A stretch of DNA of 64,000 nt from an uncultured Chloroflexia bacterium (lineage in GTDB: Bacteria > Chloroflexota > Dehalococcoidia > DSTF01 > JALHUB01): assembly GCA_963703345.1 (NCBI GenBank), contig OY969814.1:1664001-1728000 (forward strand). The letters run 5' to 3'. The stretch's first letter is position 1; each line of letters starts with the position of its first letter. The position numbers were made by a program, and so were the translations under genes. The notes under the pieces were generated by a model. It had not been told where the DNA came from. It ran no database searches and saw nothing but the letters and a program-made list of their open reading frames with translations. Positions 17,485-28,403 of this stretch are shown here, piece by piece.

Positions 17485-19767
17485 ATGACTGACCAGCGAG
17501 ACGTTGTCGCGTTTGAAGAGGTGGGAAGGGGCGATATTCCCCTGGTCGGAGGGAAGGGCGCCAATCTCGGAGAGATGCTTCGGGCGGGAATCCCCGTTCC
17601 CAGCGGCTTCATCGTCACCGCCGACGCGTACGGGCGCTTCATAGAGCAATCAGGGCTCCGGCCCAAGATCGAAGCGATCCTCAACAATCTCGACGTCCAC
17701 GACAGCGACGCTTTGCAGAAAGCTTCGCGCGACATCGAGAAGCTGATGGTCGACACACCCGTTCCCGCCGACATGGCTGAGGAGATCAAGCGGCGCTACC
17801 GCGATCTGGGCGAGCCGCCGGTGGCCGTCCGCAGCTCCGCGACGGCGGAGGACCTTCCGGAGGCGTCGTTCGCCGGGCAGCAGAGCACCTTTCTGAACGT
17901 CGTCGGCGGCGACAGGGTCGTGCAGGCGGTCAAGGAGTGCTGGGCGTCCCTATTCGAGGCGCGCGCGATCTTCTATCGGTCGGAGAACGCCTTCGAGCAC
18001 ATGAAGGTGAAGATTGCGGTGCCCGTGCAGCGGATGGTGCAGTCGGAGTTTTCCGGCGTGATGTTCACCGTCGAGCCGGTGACGAGCGATCGCAGCAAGA
18101 TTACGGTGGAAGCGATCGTCGGCCTGGGCGAAGGGCTTGTCTCCGGCGAAATCAGTCCGGACCTGTACGTCGTCGACAAGGAAACGCTGCGGATCCTGGA
18201 GAAGCACGTCGCGGTGCAGGACCGTCACCTCGCGCGAACGGCCGTCGGCGGGGGCAAGGGCATCGCCGACATCTCCTGGCAGGAAGTGCCGTCAAGCCTG
18301 CGCTCCAGCCAGAAGCTCAGCGACGATGAGGTCCGCGAGGTGGCGCAGATCGGCAAGCGCATCGAGCAGCACTACGGCTTTCCGCAGGACATCGAGTGGG
18401 CGAAGGAGGACCACAAGTTCTACATCGTCCAGACGCGCCCGGTGACAACGCTGGTCGAGGCGCCCGCTGCGCCGACGGAGGCCCTCGAGGAGACCGTGCC
18501 GGTGCTGCTGACGGGCTCGGCAGCGAGCCCCGGAGCGGCAGCCGGTGAAGTCAAGATCATTCTCGACCCGAACGAGATCGGGAGGGTGCGTGACGGCGAC
18601 ATTCTCGTCGCGGAGATGACCACCCCGGACTTCGTCCCCGCCATGAAGCGCGCCGTCGCTATCGTCACCGACCGTGGTGGCCGCACCGCCCACGCCGCCA
18701 TCGTCAGCCGGGAGCTGGGGATACCTTGCGTCGTCGGCACGGGCGAGGCGACGAAGAAGCTGAAGGACGGTCAGATCGTAACCGTCGATGGCGCGCGCGG
18801 CCTAGTCTACGACGGTCGCGCCGCCGCGACGCTGGCGTATTACGAGCGGGAGAAGGCGGTGGCCATGGGGGCGGCGGTGAAGACCAGGACCCGCGTTTAT
18901 GTCAACCTGGCTCAGCCCGACCTGGCGGACCGGGTCGCCGCCCGCAACGTCGACGGCGTGGGGCTGCTGCGCGCGGAGTTCATCGTCGCGGATATCGGCG
19001 AGCACCCGCGCTACGCCCTCGAACAGGGCCGCGGCGAGGAGTTCACCCAGAAGATGGCCAAGGGGCTGATGGCTTTCGCGGCCGCCTTCGACCCGCGCCC
19101 GGTGGTCTACCGGACAACCGACTTCAAGACAAACGAGTACGCCGGCCTGAAGGGCGGCGAAAAGTACGAGCAGTCGGAAGAGAACCCGATGATCGGCTAT
19201 CGCGGCGCCTCCCGCTACATTCGCGACCGCGAGGTCTTCGAGCTGGAGATCGAGGCGGTCAAGCGGGTCCGTCAGCAGCACAAGAACCTGCACGTGATGA
19301 TCCCGTTCTGCCGGACGCCGGAGGAGATGGCCGGCGTCAAGAAGCTGATGGAGGAGCTCGGCCTCAAGCGATCGCCCGAGTTCAAGCTCTGGATGATGGT
19401 GGAGATCCCGTCCAACGTCATCCTTTTGAACGAGTTCATCGACGTCGGAATCGACGGCGTGTCGATAGGCTCGAACGACCTGACGCAGCTTACGCTGGGC
19501 ATCGACCGCGACAACTCGATCCTGGCGAAGGACTTCGACGAGCGGAACCCGGCCGTGACGCGGTCGCTGGAGCAGATCGTAAAGACGTGCCGCCAGCGGG
19601 GCGTCACCTCGTCGATTTGCGGCCAGGCGCCGTCGGACTACCCGGAGATCACGGAGAAGCTGGTCGAGTGGGGAATAACGTCGGTCTCGGTGAACCCGGA
19701 CGTAATCGAGCGAACGCGCAAGATCGTTGCGGCTGCGGAGGCGAAGCTGGGAGTCAAGCCCGAGTAG
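17485..19767 (+). CDS. ppsA: Phosphoenolpyruvate synthase
   Basis: VGGKGANLGEM, VAVRSSATAED, SFAGQQ, GGRTAHAAIVSRE phospho-His, SIGSNDLTQ, ICGQAPS. Confidence 0.97.
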   Translation: MTDQRDVVAFEEVGRGDIPLVGGKGANLGEMLRAGIPVPSGFIVTADAYGRFIEQSGLRPKIEAILNNLDVHDSDALQKASRDIEKLMVDTPVPADMAEEIKRRYRDLGEPPVAVRSSATAEDLPEASFAGQQSTFLNVVGGDRVVQAVKECWASLFEARAIFYRSENAFEHMKVKIAVPVQRMVQSEFSGVMFTVEPVTSDRSKITVEAIVGLGEGLVSGEISPDLYVVDKETLRILEKHVAVQDRHLARTAVGGGKGIADISWQEVPSSLRSSQKLSDDEVREVAQIGKRIEQHYGFPQDIEWAKEDHKFYIVQTRPVTTLVEAPAAPTEALEETVPVLLTGSAASPGAAAGEVKIILDPNEIGRVRDGDILVAEMTTPDFVPAMKRAVAIVTDRGGRTAHAAIVSRELGIPCVVGTGEATKKLKDGQIVTVDGARGLVYDGRAAATLAYYEREKAVAMGAAVKTRTRVYVNLAQPDLADRVAARNVDGVGLLRAEFIVADIGEHPRYALEQGRGEEFTQKMAKGLMAFAAAFDPRPVVYRTTDFKTNEYAGLKGGEKYEQSEENPMIGYRGASRYIRDREVFELEIEAVKRVRQQHKNLHVMIPFCRTPEEMAGVKKLMEELGLKRSPEFKLWMMVEIPSNVILLNEFIDVGIDGVSIGSNDLTQLTLGIDRDNSILAKDFDERNPAVTRSLEQIVKTCRQRGVTSSICGQAPSDYPEITEKLVEWGITSVSVNPDVIERTRKIVAAAEAKLGVKPE

Positions 19768-19790
19768 GACGCATTCACATCGCAATGTCG

Positions 19791-19826
19791 AAGGGCGGGA
19801 GCTTGGGCTTCCGCCCTTTCGCTTTC
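19791..19826 (+). terminator. Probable intrinsic terminator after ppsA
   Basis: AAGGGCGGGAG/CTTCCGCCCTT stem followed by an interrupted T-rich tail. Confidence 0.6.
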
Positions 19827-19916
19827 GGCGCGTCGTTGTCTGTAGAATCGTCAAGCGGCGGTGCGCTGCTTGACATAGGGTGAAGACAACCTTATCGTTT
19901 TACCTACGATTTGAAC

Positions 19917-20828
19917 ATGACTCAGGCTGGAAACTTGCACGCACGTCCCCTGTTCCTGCTCCTGGCGCTGCTCGCGCTCTCCCTCGGCTCCGTGCTGGCC
20001 GGCTGTGGCGGCGGCGGAAAGAAAGCGGCCGGAGAGGAATACATCGTTTTCTCGACCAGTCGCAACGGCCTCTCCGAAGTCTACTCAATGCGCTTCGACG
20101 GCACTGTTCAGAACTTGACGGCCAATCCAGCAGGGGACTACGCGCCCTCTTGCTCGCCCGATGGCTCCAAGATCGCCTTCACGTCGGACCGCGACGGCGA
20201 CCTCAAAGTGTTTGTCATGAACGCCGACGGCAGCGACCAGACGGCGCTCACGAGCAGCACCGGCGGCGTCTACTCGCCCCGCTGGTCGCCCGACGGCTCC
20301 TTGATTGCCTATGATTCAAAAGAGAGCGGCATTGAGCAAATCCACGTCATGAAGGCTGACGGAAGCCATGACGCGAATCTCTCAAACAGCCAGGCAAACG
20401 ATTGGGGGCCTTCCTGGTCGGGGGACGGCAGCAAGATCGCCTTCACGAGCGATCGCGACGGCAACCAAGAGATATACGTGATGAGCGCGAACGGCGGCGA
20501 TCAGACGCGCCTCACGGATAGCAGCGCCGAGGACTGGGCCCCTTCGTTCTCGCCGGACGGCTCGAAGATCGCTTTTGTGACTGACCGGGAAGGTGATCCC
20601 GAAATCTACGTAATGAACGTTGACGGTTCCGACCCGCAAAACCTGACGAACAGCAATTCGACCGATTGGTCACCCGCGTTCTCCACCGATGGCTCGCGCA
20701 TCGCGTTCGTGTCTGACCGCGATGGCGACCCCGAGATATATGTCATGAATGCCGACGGCTCAGGGTTGACGCGCCTCACGCACAACACGGCTCAGGACAT
20801 TGGTCCCGCCTGGTGCCGGCTCCCCTAG
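19917..20828 (+). CDS. TolB-like PD40-repeat lipoprotein
   Basis: Lipobox LAGC; repeats PSWSPDGSKIAFTSDRDG.EIYVMNADGS. Confidence 0.9.
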   Translation: MTQAGNLHARPLFLLLALLALSLGSVLAGCGGGGKKAAGEEYIVFSTSRNGLSEVYSMRFDGTVQNLTANPAGDYAPSCSPDGSKIAFTSDRDGDLKVFVMNADGSDQTALTSSTGGVYSPRWSPDGSLIAYDSKESGIEQIHVMKADGSHDANLSNSQANDWGPSWSGDGSKIAFTSDRDGNQEIYVMSANGGDQTRLTDSSAEDWAPSFSPDGSKIAFVTDREGDPEIYVMNVDGSDPQNLTNSNSTDWSPAFSTDGSRIAFVSDRDGDPEIYVMNADGSGLTRLTHNTAQDIGPAWCRLP

Positions 20829-20836
20829 CCTGACCC

Positions 20837-21883
20837 ATGCGTCACTCTGAAGAGGTAAGGAGATCTCTGGAGCAGCGAGAGGCAGGGCTTTCGCCGTACG
20901 CAGCGAGGAGCAGCACAAGTCGGGGGCGCGAGCGGCCGGAGGAGCCCTCACCCGTCCGCCTGGAATTCCAACGCGACCGCGACCGGATCATCCACTGCAA
21001 GTCGTTTCGGCGCCTGAAGCACAAGACTCAGGTGTTCGTGGCGCCCGCCGGCGACCACTATGTGACGCGACTGACGCACACGTTGGAAGTAGCGCAGATC
21101 GCCCGGACAATCGCCCGCGCCCTCAACCTCAACGAAGACCTGACGGAGGCGATAGCGCTGGGGCATGACCTGGGGCACACGCCTTTTGGCCACCGCGGCG
21201 AGGAAGCGCTGGCGGACCTGCTGCCGGAGGGGTTCTCGCACAACGCGCAGAGCCTGCGCGTCGTTGAGCGGTTGGAGCGCGGCGGCAGAGGTTTGAACCT
21301 GACCTGGGAGGTGCGCGACGGCATCCTCCATCACTCCAAGTCGCGGGAGGGCGTCATGGCGCCCGATTCGGACTTGCCGGCAACGCTGGAGGGACAGATC
21401 GCGCGCATTGCTGACAGCATCGCTTACTTGAACCACGACATCGCCGATGCAATTCGGGCCGGCTTGCTGACTGACGGCGACCTGCCCGAGAAGGTGCAAA
21501 TCACCCTCGGCGACCACCATTCGCAGCGCATCAACACGCTCGTCTGCGACATCGTCGATGAGTCGTGGGCGGCGACAGGGCGAGTCGCAGGGGAGACGGC
21601 GCCTTCGATCAGGATGAGCGACGGCGTCCTTGCCGCTACGGACGAGCTGCGGGAGTTCATGTTCCAGCGCGTCTATCTATGGGAGGACGCGCAACGAGAG
21701 GCCGCCAACGCCAGGAGGCTGGTGCGCTTCCTTTTCGAGTACTACCTGGCGCATCCAGAGGACATCAGCTCGGACTTCGCTTTGAGCGGCGACCCTCCCT
21801 GGCGGCGCGCGGCCGACTACATCGCCGGCATGACGGACACGTTCGCCCTGGAGCTCGGACAGCGGCTGGGCTTCGAAGATTGA
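20837..21883 (+). CDS. dgt: Deoxyguanosinetriphosphate triphosphohydrolase-like HD protein
   Basis: FQRDRDRI, FRRLKHKTQVF, RLTHTLEV, HDLGHTPFGH, DYIAGMTD. Confidence 0.93.
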   Translation: MRHSEEVRRSLEQREAGLSPYAARSSTSRGRERPEEPSPVRLEFQRDRDRIIHCKSFRRLKHKTQVFVAPAGDHYVTRLTHTLEVAQIARTIARALNLNEDLTEAIALGHDLGHTPFGHRGEEALADLLPEGFSHNAQSLRVVERLERGGRGLNLTWEVRDGILHHSKSREGVMAPDSDLPATLEGQIARIADSIAYLNHDIADAIRAGLLTDGDLPEKVQITLGDHHSQRINTLVCDIVDESWAATGRVAGETAPSIRMSDGVLAATDELREFMFQRVYLWEDAQREAANARRLVRFLFEYYLAHPEDISSDFALSGDPPWRRAADYIAGMTDTFALELGQRLGFED

Positions 21884-21984
21884 GCATTTTCCGGCCGGGA
21901 CAGCTACATTTGAGGGCAGAGTTTCTGTTAGAATAGGCCCGCTCGACGGCTGGACTGCAACCCGGACCCGATCTCGCTGCTTAA

Positions 21985-22902
21985 ATGAGACAATCCCTTC
22001 GACAGAACGGCACCTCTTTCCTCCACAGTCCCCTCATCCTCGTCGGGATCGCGGTTATTGCCCTGGCGCTGGTGTTCGCCGTCGCGCTCATTTTCAAGGC
22101 GGGCGGCGACAGCACAAAGGGCTCCGTCTCAGTTCCGACAGGTGCAGGCCGGACACCGACTGCCAGTCCGACAGAAGACAGCATCAACGGGCCGGCGGCG
22201 AAGGCCACAAGTTCAGTCAACGTCCGCAGCGGCCCGGCCAACGGCTACGTCGTCCTCGGCGTACTGCGCCGGGGGTCGGAAGCGAAGATAGTCGGCCGAA
22301 GCGACGACGGCGAGTGGCTGGAAATCGAATATCCAGCGCACTCCAATTTGCTCGGCTGGATCATCGTCAGCTCCGTGCAAACGAGCGCAGACCTGGCGGC
22401 AATTCCTATCGCCACGCCGGAAAGCCTGCCAATGGCGATAATCCCGACCGACGTGCCGGTGACGATCTTCCCGACGGAGACTCCCCCAGCGGCGACGACG
22501 GGTACGGCCACGCCCGGGTCGGCGCTGCCGGACCTAGTGGTCGGCGGAACGCTCGTCTCGGGCGGGACGCTTGTCGTGACGGTGACGAACCAGGGCAAGG
22601 GAGCGCTCAAAGCCGCCACAATCGAAGTCGGCGTCTTCGACGTGTCGGGGTCGCAACTGCTGAAGTCGGCCAGCGTGGTGGCGAACCTCAACCCCGGCGC
22701 GAGCATCGACGTTCAGACCAACTACATAGCGGTCGTCGGCCCGGAGCAGGTGCTGGTCATCGTCGACCCGAACGGCAAGATCAAAGAGTCGGAAGACACG
22801 AACAACAGGCTTGTCGTTTCGTTTGCGGCAACTCCGACGCCGCCGGCAAGCACGCCGTCCGCGACCGCCAAAGCGACGGCCAGGCCAACGCCGACTCCAT
22901 AG
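21985..22902 (+). CDS. Membrane-anchored SH3 plus CARDB domain protein
   Basis: N-terminal TM; VNVRSGP...GRSDDGEWL bacterial SH3; LPDLVV...NQG...VDPNGKIKESEDTNN CARDB; PT-rich linkers. Confidence 0.8.
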   Translation: MRQSLRQNGTSFLHSPLILVGIAVIALALVFAVALIFKAGGDSTKGSVSVPTGAGRTPTASPTEDSINGPAAKATSSVNVRSGPANGYVVLGVLRRGSEAKIVGRSDDGEWLEIEYPAHSNLLGWIIVSSVQTSADLAAIPIATPESLPMAIIPTDVPVTIFPTETPPAATTGTATPGSALPDLVVGGTLVSGGTLVVTVTNQGKGALKAATIEVGVFDVSGSQLLKSASVVANLNPGASIDVQTNYIAVVGPEQVLVIVDPNGKIKESEDTNNRLVVSFAATPTPPASTPSATAKATARPTPTP

Positions 22903-23045
22903 GACGCGGTCAGGCAGCTTAACAGCTTCCGGGCAAGTCGGGTGGGCTGCGACTGAGCGGGCATTTTCAATCGGATGAGGGGTAGAGACGGGCGCAACGG
23001 CCGCAGCACGGCGACGTTGTGTCTTTGTGAGGGATCCGGTCGACG

Positions 23046-24731
23046 GTGAACCCCATCGAGGAGATCAAGCAGCGGCTGGACATCGTCGACGTGGTCGGCG
23101 AGTCGGTGAGTCTGCATAAGGCGGGCCGCAACTACAGAGCGCTCTGTCCGTTCCACGTCGAGAAGGCACCCTCTTTCTACGTCTTCCCGGAAAGGGGCAC
23201 CTGGCACTGCTTCGGCGGCTGCGCTACCGGCGGCGACGTGTTCGCCTTCGTCATGAAGAAGGAGAACCTCGATTTCTCCGGCGCGCTGCGCTCCCTGGCG
23301 GAGAGAGCGGGAATAAGCCTGGCGCGAAAGAACGTGGCCGCGGAGGAGACGGAGAAAGACCGTCTGCGCCAGGCGAACGAGGCGGCAGCGCTCTTCTTCA
23401 AGCAGGCGCTCTTCAACACGCGGCCCGGCCTAAAAGCGCTGGACTACCTTTCGCTGAGGGGAATCGACCGGCAGACGGCGGAGGCGTTCCAGTTGGGCTA
23501 CGCGCCCGACTCCTGGGACGCCCTGCGCGAGCACCTGAAGGGCCGCGGCTTCAGCGAAGGGGAGCTGTTGCGGGCGGGCCTGCTCGTCGAAGGGGAAAGG
23601 GGGCTCTACGACCGCTTTCGCAATCGCGCTGTGATACCGATTCGCGACGGGCAGGGACGCGCGGTCGGCTTCGGCTCGCGCAAGCTGCCGGCGGAGGACG
23701 ACGAGGAGCCCGCCGGCGACTCGGAAAGCCCAAAGTACTTGAATACGCCCCAAACGCCGATTTTTGATAAGGGCGCGATACTGTTCGGGCTGGACCGGGC
23801 GGCGGAGAGCATCCGGCGCGCAGACGTTGCGGTCATTGTGGAAGGCTACATGGACGTCATCGCGGCGCACCAGCACGGCAACGGCAACGTCGTCGCCAGC
23901 ATGGGGACGGCGCTGACGGAGCGTCAGCTCGGGCTGCTGCGGCGGCTGACGGAGAACATCGTCCTCGCCTTCGACCCTGATACGGCGGGGCAGGCAGCAA
24001 GCGAGCGCGGCGATCTCGTCGCCCAGCGGATGGGGGCACAGGTGCGGGTCATGAAGCTGCCGAAGGGGCGCGATCCGGACGAGATCATTCGCGCCGACCC
24101 GGACGGCTGGCGGCGGCTCGTCGTCGAAGCGGAAGCGCCGAAAGCTTTCTCCTCCGCCGCCATCCAGGCGACGCCGACGGAGCACGGCCGGCGAACGGCG
24201 AAAGCGCGTCCGAGGGCGGGCAGTGGCGAGGAGGAGCGGGTCGACGTGTCGAAGGGAGAGGAAACGTGCCTGGCGCTTCTCGTCCGCTATCCGCAGTTGC
24301 GCGGGCAGGGGCTGACGCTGGACGAAGAGTTGTTCGTCCGGACGGAGAACCGTCAGGTGTTCGAGGCGTGGCGCGCGTCGGAGCCGGGGCGCCCGCTGGA
24401 GGAGACGCTTGCGGAGGAGCTGCGTCCGCACCTGGAGCAGATCGTGGCGCGGAACCTGCCGCCTTTCGACCCGGCGCAGGCGGAGAAGGCGCTTCTAACC
24501 TGTACGGAGCGCCTGAGAAGGAGTAAGATTAAGGTAGAAAAGACGTTTATAGGTTTGGAGATTGCGGAAAAGGAACAGAGGCTAGGCGCCGAGAATTTGC
24601 TTGAGCGCGCCCGAAAGTATATGGAGGGCGAGGCTCTTTCCCAAGACCTGCCGGAAGATGAGACCGCCGATGCGAGAATCGTCGTGCGGGACATGGAGGC
24701 AGGTCTGGAGTTGCATGAGAAGAAGGCTTAG
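23046..24731 (+). CDS. dnaG: DNA primase
   Basis: CPFH..C..GC zinc finger, DRFRNR, PKYLNTPQT, EGYMDV, TOPRIM FDPD. Confidence 0.96.
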   Translation: MNPIEEIKQRLDIVDVVGESVSLHKAGRNYRALCPFHVEKAPSFYVFPERGTWHCFGGCATGGDVFAFVMKKENLDFSGALRSLAERAGISLARKNVAAEETEKDRLRQANEAAALFFKQALFNTRPGLKALDYLSLRGIDRQTAEAFQLGYAPDSWDALREHLKGRGFSEGELLRAGLLVEGERGLYDRFRNRAVIPIRDGQGRAVGFGSRKLPAEDDEEPAGDSESPKYLNTPQTPIFDKGAILFGLDRAAESIRRADVAVIVEGYMDVIAAHQHGNGNVVASMGTALTERQLGLLRRLTENIVLAFDPDTAGQAASERGDLVAQRMGAQVRVMKLPKGRDPDEIIRADPDGWRRLVVEAEAPKAFSSAAIQATPTEHGRRTAKARPRAGSGEEERVDVSKGEETCLALLVRYPQLRGQGLTLDEELFVRTENRQVFEAWRASEPGRPLEETLAEELRPHLEQIVARNLPPFDPAQAEKALLTCTERLRRSKIKVEKTFIGLEIAEKEQRLGAENLLERARKYMEGEALSQDLPEDETADARIVVRDMEAGLELHEKKA

Positions 24732-24761
24732 GCTTCCGCAAGGAAAAGCAAGAACGAAATC

Positions 24762-26321
24762 ATGACTAGCGATTTTGACGAGAGAGAAGAAGGGGACGAG
24801 GACCTCTTTACCGAGGAGGAAGAGAAGAAGCCGAAAGGCCTCGTAGACCTCGGGCACGAGGAGGACGAGCTCGAGCCCCTCGAGAGGGTGTATAACCGCC
24901 TCTCCGACCGCGGACTGTCGGTGATCGATACGGACCGCGAATCGGGACCGGCCGCGGAGCCAGCGGAGGCGGAGACCGACCTCTGGGCAGAGTCTGAGGA
25001 AAAAACCAAGACGACGAAAGACGAAGACCTCCTCGTCGAAGAGCAGGAAGGCATCGATGACCCGGTCCGCATGTACCTGCGGGAGATCGGCAAGGTCTAC
25101 CTGCTAACGGCGGACGACGAAAAGCGGCTCGCGCGGGCGATGGAGGAAGGCAAGCACATCCAACGCATCGAGCGACGTTGGTTAGAGGAACACGGCCGGC
25201 CGGCGAAAGGGTCGGAGATACTGCTTACGCTGCTGAATGAGCTGCACGAGTCGCGCAAATACTACAACGGCGTCGCCAAGCACCTGGGGCTGGCGAAGGC
25301 GTCGCTGTCGCAGCGGATCGCCGACCCGGTCTTCCGCTCGGCGGTCGACGGCGAACTCGACCAGGACCTGGCGGCGGCGATCTTTGAGGCGCTCAACCTG
25401 CAGCCGGGCCAGGCGGAGCAAGCGCTCGTACGGCTATCGATCATAACGCACATCGTGACGCCGGAGATGGTGCGGATGGCCGGCGAACCGCTGGGTGGCG
25501 AAGACAAGCTGTTGCCGCCGCCGTGGGAGGAGCTACACAAGCTCGATTCCCACGAGTCGACGTTCCGCTCCTACTTCGACCATCTGAAGCGAGAGGGCTA
25601 TCGGGCGGAGAAGCGCCTGACGGAGGCGAACCTTCGGTTGGTGGTGAGCGTAGCGAAAAAGTACATCGGGAGAGGCATGTCGCTGCTCGACCTCATTCAG
25701 GAGGGGAACATCGGTCTCATCCGCGCCGTCGAGAAATTCGACTACCGCAAGGGCTACAAGTTCAGCACCTACGCGACCTGGTGGATCCGCCAGGCGATTA
25801 CGCGCGCCATCGCAGACCAGGCGAGGACGATCCGCATTCCCGTCCACATGGTGGAGACCATAAACAAGCTCGTGCGGGTGAGCCGTCGCCTCGTGCAGGA
25901 GTACGGCCGCGAGCCGACGAGCGACGAGATAGGCCGCGGCATGGAGATCGCGCCGGAGCGTGTGCGCGAGATCATCAAGGTCTCGCAGGAGCCGGTGTCG
26001 CTGGAGACGCCGATCGGCGAGGAAGAGGACAGCCACCTGGGCGACTTCATCGAAGATTCGACCGCGCTGGCGCCGCCGGAAGCGGCATCGCACCAGCTTC
26101 TCAAGGACCAGGTGATGGAGGTGCTGGCGAGCCTGACGCCGCGGGAGCGGAAGGTGCTGGAGCTGCGCTTCGGGCTGGAGGACGGGCGCAGTCGCACTCT
26201 GGAAGAGGTCGGGCGCGAGTTTAACGTGACGCGGGAGCGCATCCGACAGATAGAGGCGAAGGCGCTTCGCAAGCTACGCCACCCCACGCGCAGCCGCAAG
26301 CTCAGAGACTACCTGGAATAG
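24762..26321 (+). CDS. rpoD: RNA polymerase primary sigma factor
   Basis: [53 protein letters not shown]; directly follows dnaG. Confidence 0.97.
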   Translation: MTSDFDEREEGDEDLFTEEEEKKPKGLVDLGHEEDELEPLERVYNRLSDRGLSVIDTDRESGPAAEPAEAETDLWAESEEKTKTTKDEDLLVEEQEGIDDPVRMYLREIGKVYLLTADDEKRLARAMEEGKHIQRIERRWLEEHGRPAKGSEILLTLLNELHESRKYYNGVAKHLGLAKASLSQRIADPVFRSAVDGELDQDLAAAIFEALNLQPGQAEQALVRLSIITHIVTPEMVRMAGEPLGGEDKLLPPPWEELHKLDSHESTFRSYFDHLKREGYRAEKRLTEANLRLVVSVAKKYIGRGMSLLDLIQEGNIGLIRAVEKFDYRKGYKFSTYATWWIRQAITRAIADQARTIRIPVHMVETINKLVRVSRRLVQEYGREPTSDEIGRGMEIAPERVREIIKVSQEPVSLETPIGEEEDSHLGDFIEDSTALAPPEAASHQLLKDQVMEVLASLTPRERKVLELRFGLEDGRSRTLEEVGREFNVTRERIRQIEAKALRKLRHPTRSRKLRDYLE

Positions 26322-26396
26322 CCGTTACGCCCCCTCGGACTTCTGCGTTGACTTTTCGTCGGACGCAGGCTTACGATCTTATTAGAGAGAACTACG

Positions 26397-26627
26397 ATGC
26401 CACTTTACGAATTCTACTGTCCCACCTGCGACCGCAAGTTCGAGCTGCTGCGCTCGATGAGCCGCTCCGACGAACCGGCGACCTGCCCCAGCGGCCATGA
26501 AGGCGCCGAGAGGCTGATATCGGTCTTCTCCGCGCTGACGAAGAGCGCCGAGGGAGAGGTGTCGTCGGTGGCGAGCGCCTGCGGTAGCTGCTCATCGGGC
26601 GATTGCGGGAGCTGTGGCATCGGCTAG
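26397..26627 (+). CDS. FmdB-family zinc ribbon protein
   Basis: MPLYEFYCPTC...FE...CPSGH and Cys-rich tail CGSCSSGDCGSC. Confidence 0.88.
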   Translation: MPLYEFYCPTCDRKFELLRSMSRSDEPATCPSGHEGAERLISVFSALTKSAEGEVSSVASACGSCSSGDCGSCGIG

Positions 26628-26650
26628 AACCCGCCTCGCGCAACATGCCA

Positions 26651-26680
26651 AGAGGGGAGCAAAGCGCTCTCCTTTTTGTG
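26651..26680. terminator. Hairpin terminator between convergent genes
   Basis: AGAGGGGAGC-AAAGC-GCTCTCCTTT followed by TTGT. Confidence 0.6.
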
Positions 26681-26710
26681 TCCGAAAGTCGGGGCCCGTC
26701 CGGCAGCCGG

Positions 26711-27436
26711 CTAGGGCGCGGGCTGGCGGCTCGGGAGGAGGCGGTGTCGGACCGCCTGCCAGGTTACCGTCAGGTGGACGGTGGAGGCGACGGCGATGAT
26801 GGCCGCTTCAACGAGGGTCAGGACGCCGAGCGCCATCGTTACGTCGAACCAGAACCCTTCGGGGAACATCTGGATCAGGTGGTCTGTCGCCGGGTTGAGC
26901 TGCCAGAGGTTGTTGCTGAACGCGATGTGGTGGAACTGCTCGAACGCCTGGTCGAACCCGCTCACGGCGACGATGGCCAGCGAGCCGACAACGGCGATGG
27001 TGAGCAGGGCGCCGGTGAGCGAGTGGAGTGCCAGCTTGCGCAGGGGTCGCTCGCGCGCCCAGACGAAGACGCCGACGACATAAGCCATTATGTAAACCAG
27101 CGCGATCTCCTCCAGGTGGTTGACGAAGCGGAAAACGCCCTTCACGTCGTGCAGGTGCTGCGTCTCGCGGTCGTTGAACAGCGATATCTCACGGTTGCCC
27201 TGCGTCACCTGCACCGAGATGTACTGCTGGTCGTTGTTGAAGTAGCTGCGGAGCTCGGCGCCAGCGCGGTCGAGCTCATCCCGCGAGATGCCGGTGCGGG
27301 CGGGAGCGTTGTAGTGGCCGAACGCATAGTCGTAGACATGCTGATCGTTCGCAAGAATGCGGACGTTCGTGCCTATGAGCGCCAAGGGGATGGCGAGAAC
27401 AAACAAGGCCGTTGCCAGGCCACGGACGACCGCCAA
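26711..27436 (-). CDS. TIGR01906/DUF1461-like integral membrane protein
   Basis: HLHDVK, FEQFHHIAFSN.LW, LIQMFPEGFW; several TM segments; minus-strand TTGACA-17-TAACAT promoter at 27491-27519. Confidence 0.85.
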   Translation of the reverse strand: MAVVRGLATALFVLAIPLALIGTNVRILANDQHVYDYAFGHYNAPARTGISRDELDRAGAELRSYFNNDQQYISVQVTQGNREISLFNDRETQHLHDVKGVFRFVNHLEEIALVYIMAYVVGVFVWARERPLRKLALHSLTGALLTIAVVGSLAIVAVSGFDQAFEQFHHIAFSNNLWQLNPATDHLIQMFPEGFWFDVTMALGVLTLVEAAIIAVASTVHLTVTWQAVRHRLLPSRQPAP

Positions 27437-27559
27437 GCCACACCTTCCTCACCTGAAACGCCCCGCCCGACATCAGGTTCATCTACCGCTATGTTAGGTA
27501 GGCACCTTAACCTTGTCAACCCTCTTGGCCGGCCTATATAATCGGGCCTAGCCGCCTTA

Positions 27560-28369
27560 TTGGAGATTCCCTTGCCAGAGCCGCAACAGCCACTCGAGTC
27601 AGACGTGCGCAGCTTCGACGGGCTGCGCGAGATCGTGCAACGGCTGCGGGCGCCGGACGGCTGTCCCTGGGACCGCGTCCAGACGCACGAGAGCCTGCGT
27701 CGCTTCCTGCTGGAGGAGACGTATGAGACGCTGGACGCACTCGACAGCGGCGATACGGCCAAGCTGCGCGAGGAGCTCGGCGACGTGCTCCTCCAGATAC
27801 TGCTGCACGCCCAGATCGCCTCGGAGAGCGGCGAGTTCGACGTCGATGACGTGATCGAAGGCATCGCAACGAAGCTGGTGCGTCGCCATCCGCACGTCTT
27901 CGGCCAGGCGAAGGTGAAGACCGCCGATGAGGTCGTGCTTAAGTGGGAGGCGATCAAGAGCGAGGAGCGAGGTCGCGCCGACGCGGAGGACCCGCTGGCG
28001 CGTGTGCCGCAGACGCTGCCGTCGCTGGCATATAGCCAGGCGCTGCAGGAGAAGGCCGCGGCGACCGGCTTCGAATGGCCAAGCGTGGCGGACGTGCTCG
28101 ATAAGCTGGCGGAGGAGGCGTCGGAGCTGGCGCGGGCGGAGTCGCTGGACGAGCAGCGCGAGGAGCTGGGCGACACGCTGTTCGTGCTGGTCAGCCTGGC
28201 GCGGAAGCTGGGGCTGGACGCCGAGGAGTCGCTGCGACTGGCGTCGCGGCGCTTTCGCCGTCGCTTCGAGGCGTTGCAGGCGCTGGCGCGGCAGCGCGGC
28301 CTGCGCCTCGGCGATCTGCCTATCGATGCGCTGGAGTCGCTCTGGCGCGAGACGAAGCGCGAAGCATAG
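27560..28369 (+). CDS. mazG: Nucleoside triphosphate pyrophosphohydrolase
   Basis: LRAPDGCPWDRVQT, EETYE, EELGDVLLQ, KLVRRHPHVF. Confidence 0.95.
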   Translation: MEIPLPEPQQPLESDVRSFDGLREIVQRLRAPDGCPWDRVQTHESLRRFLLEETYETLDALDSGDTAKLREELGDVLLQILLHAQIASESGEFDVDDVIEGIATKLVRRHPHVFGQAKVKTADEVVLKWEAIKSEERGRADAEDPLARVPQTLPSLAYSQALQEKAAATGFEWPSVADVLDKLAEEASELARAESLDEQREELGDTLFVLVSLARKLGLDAEESLRLASRRFRRRFEALQALARQRGLRLGDLPIDALESLWRETKREA

Positions 28370-28403
28370 GTTCCGCCTCTCACCCGCATGTCATCGCTGG
28401 GGC

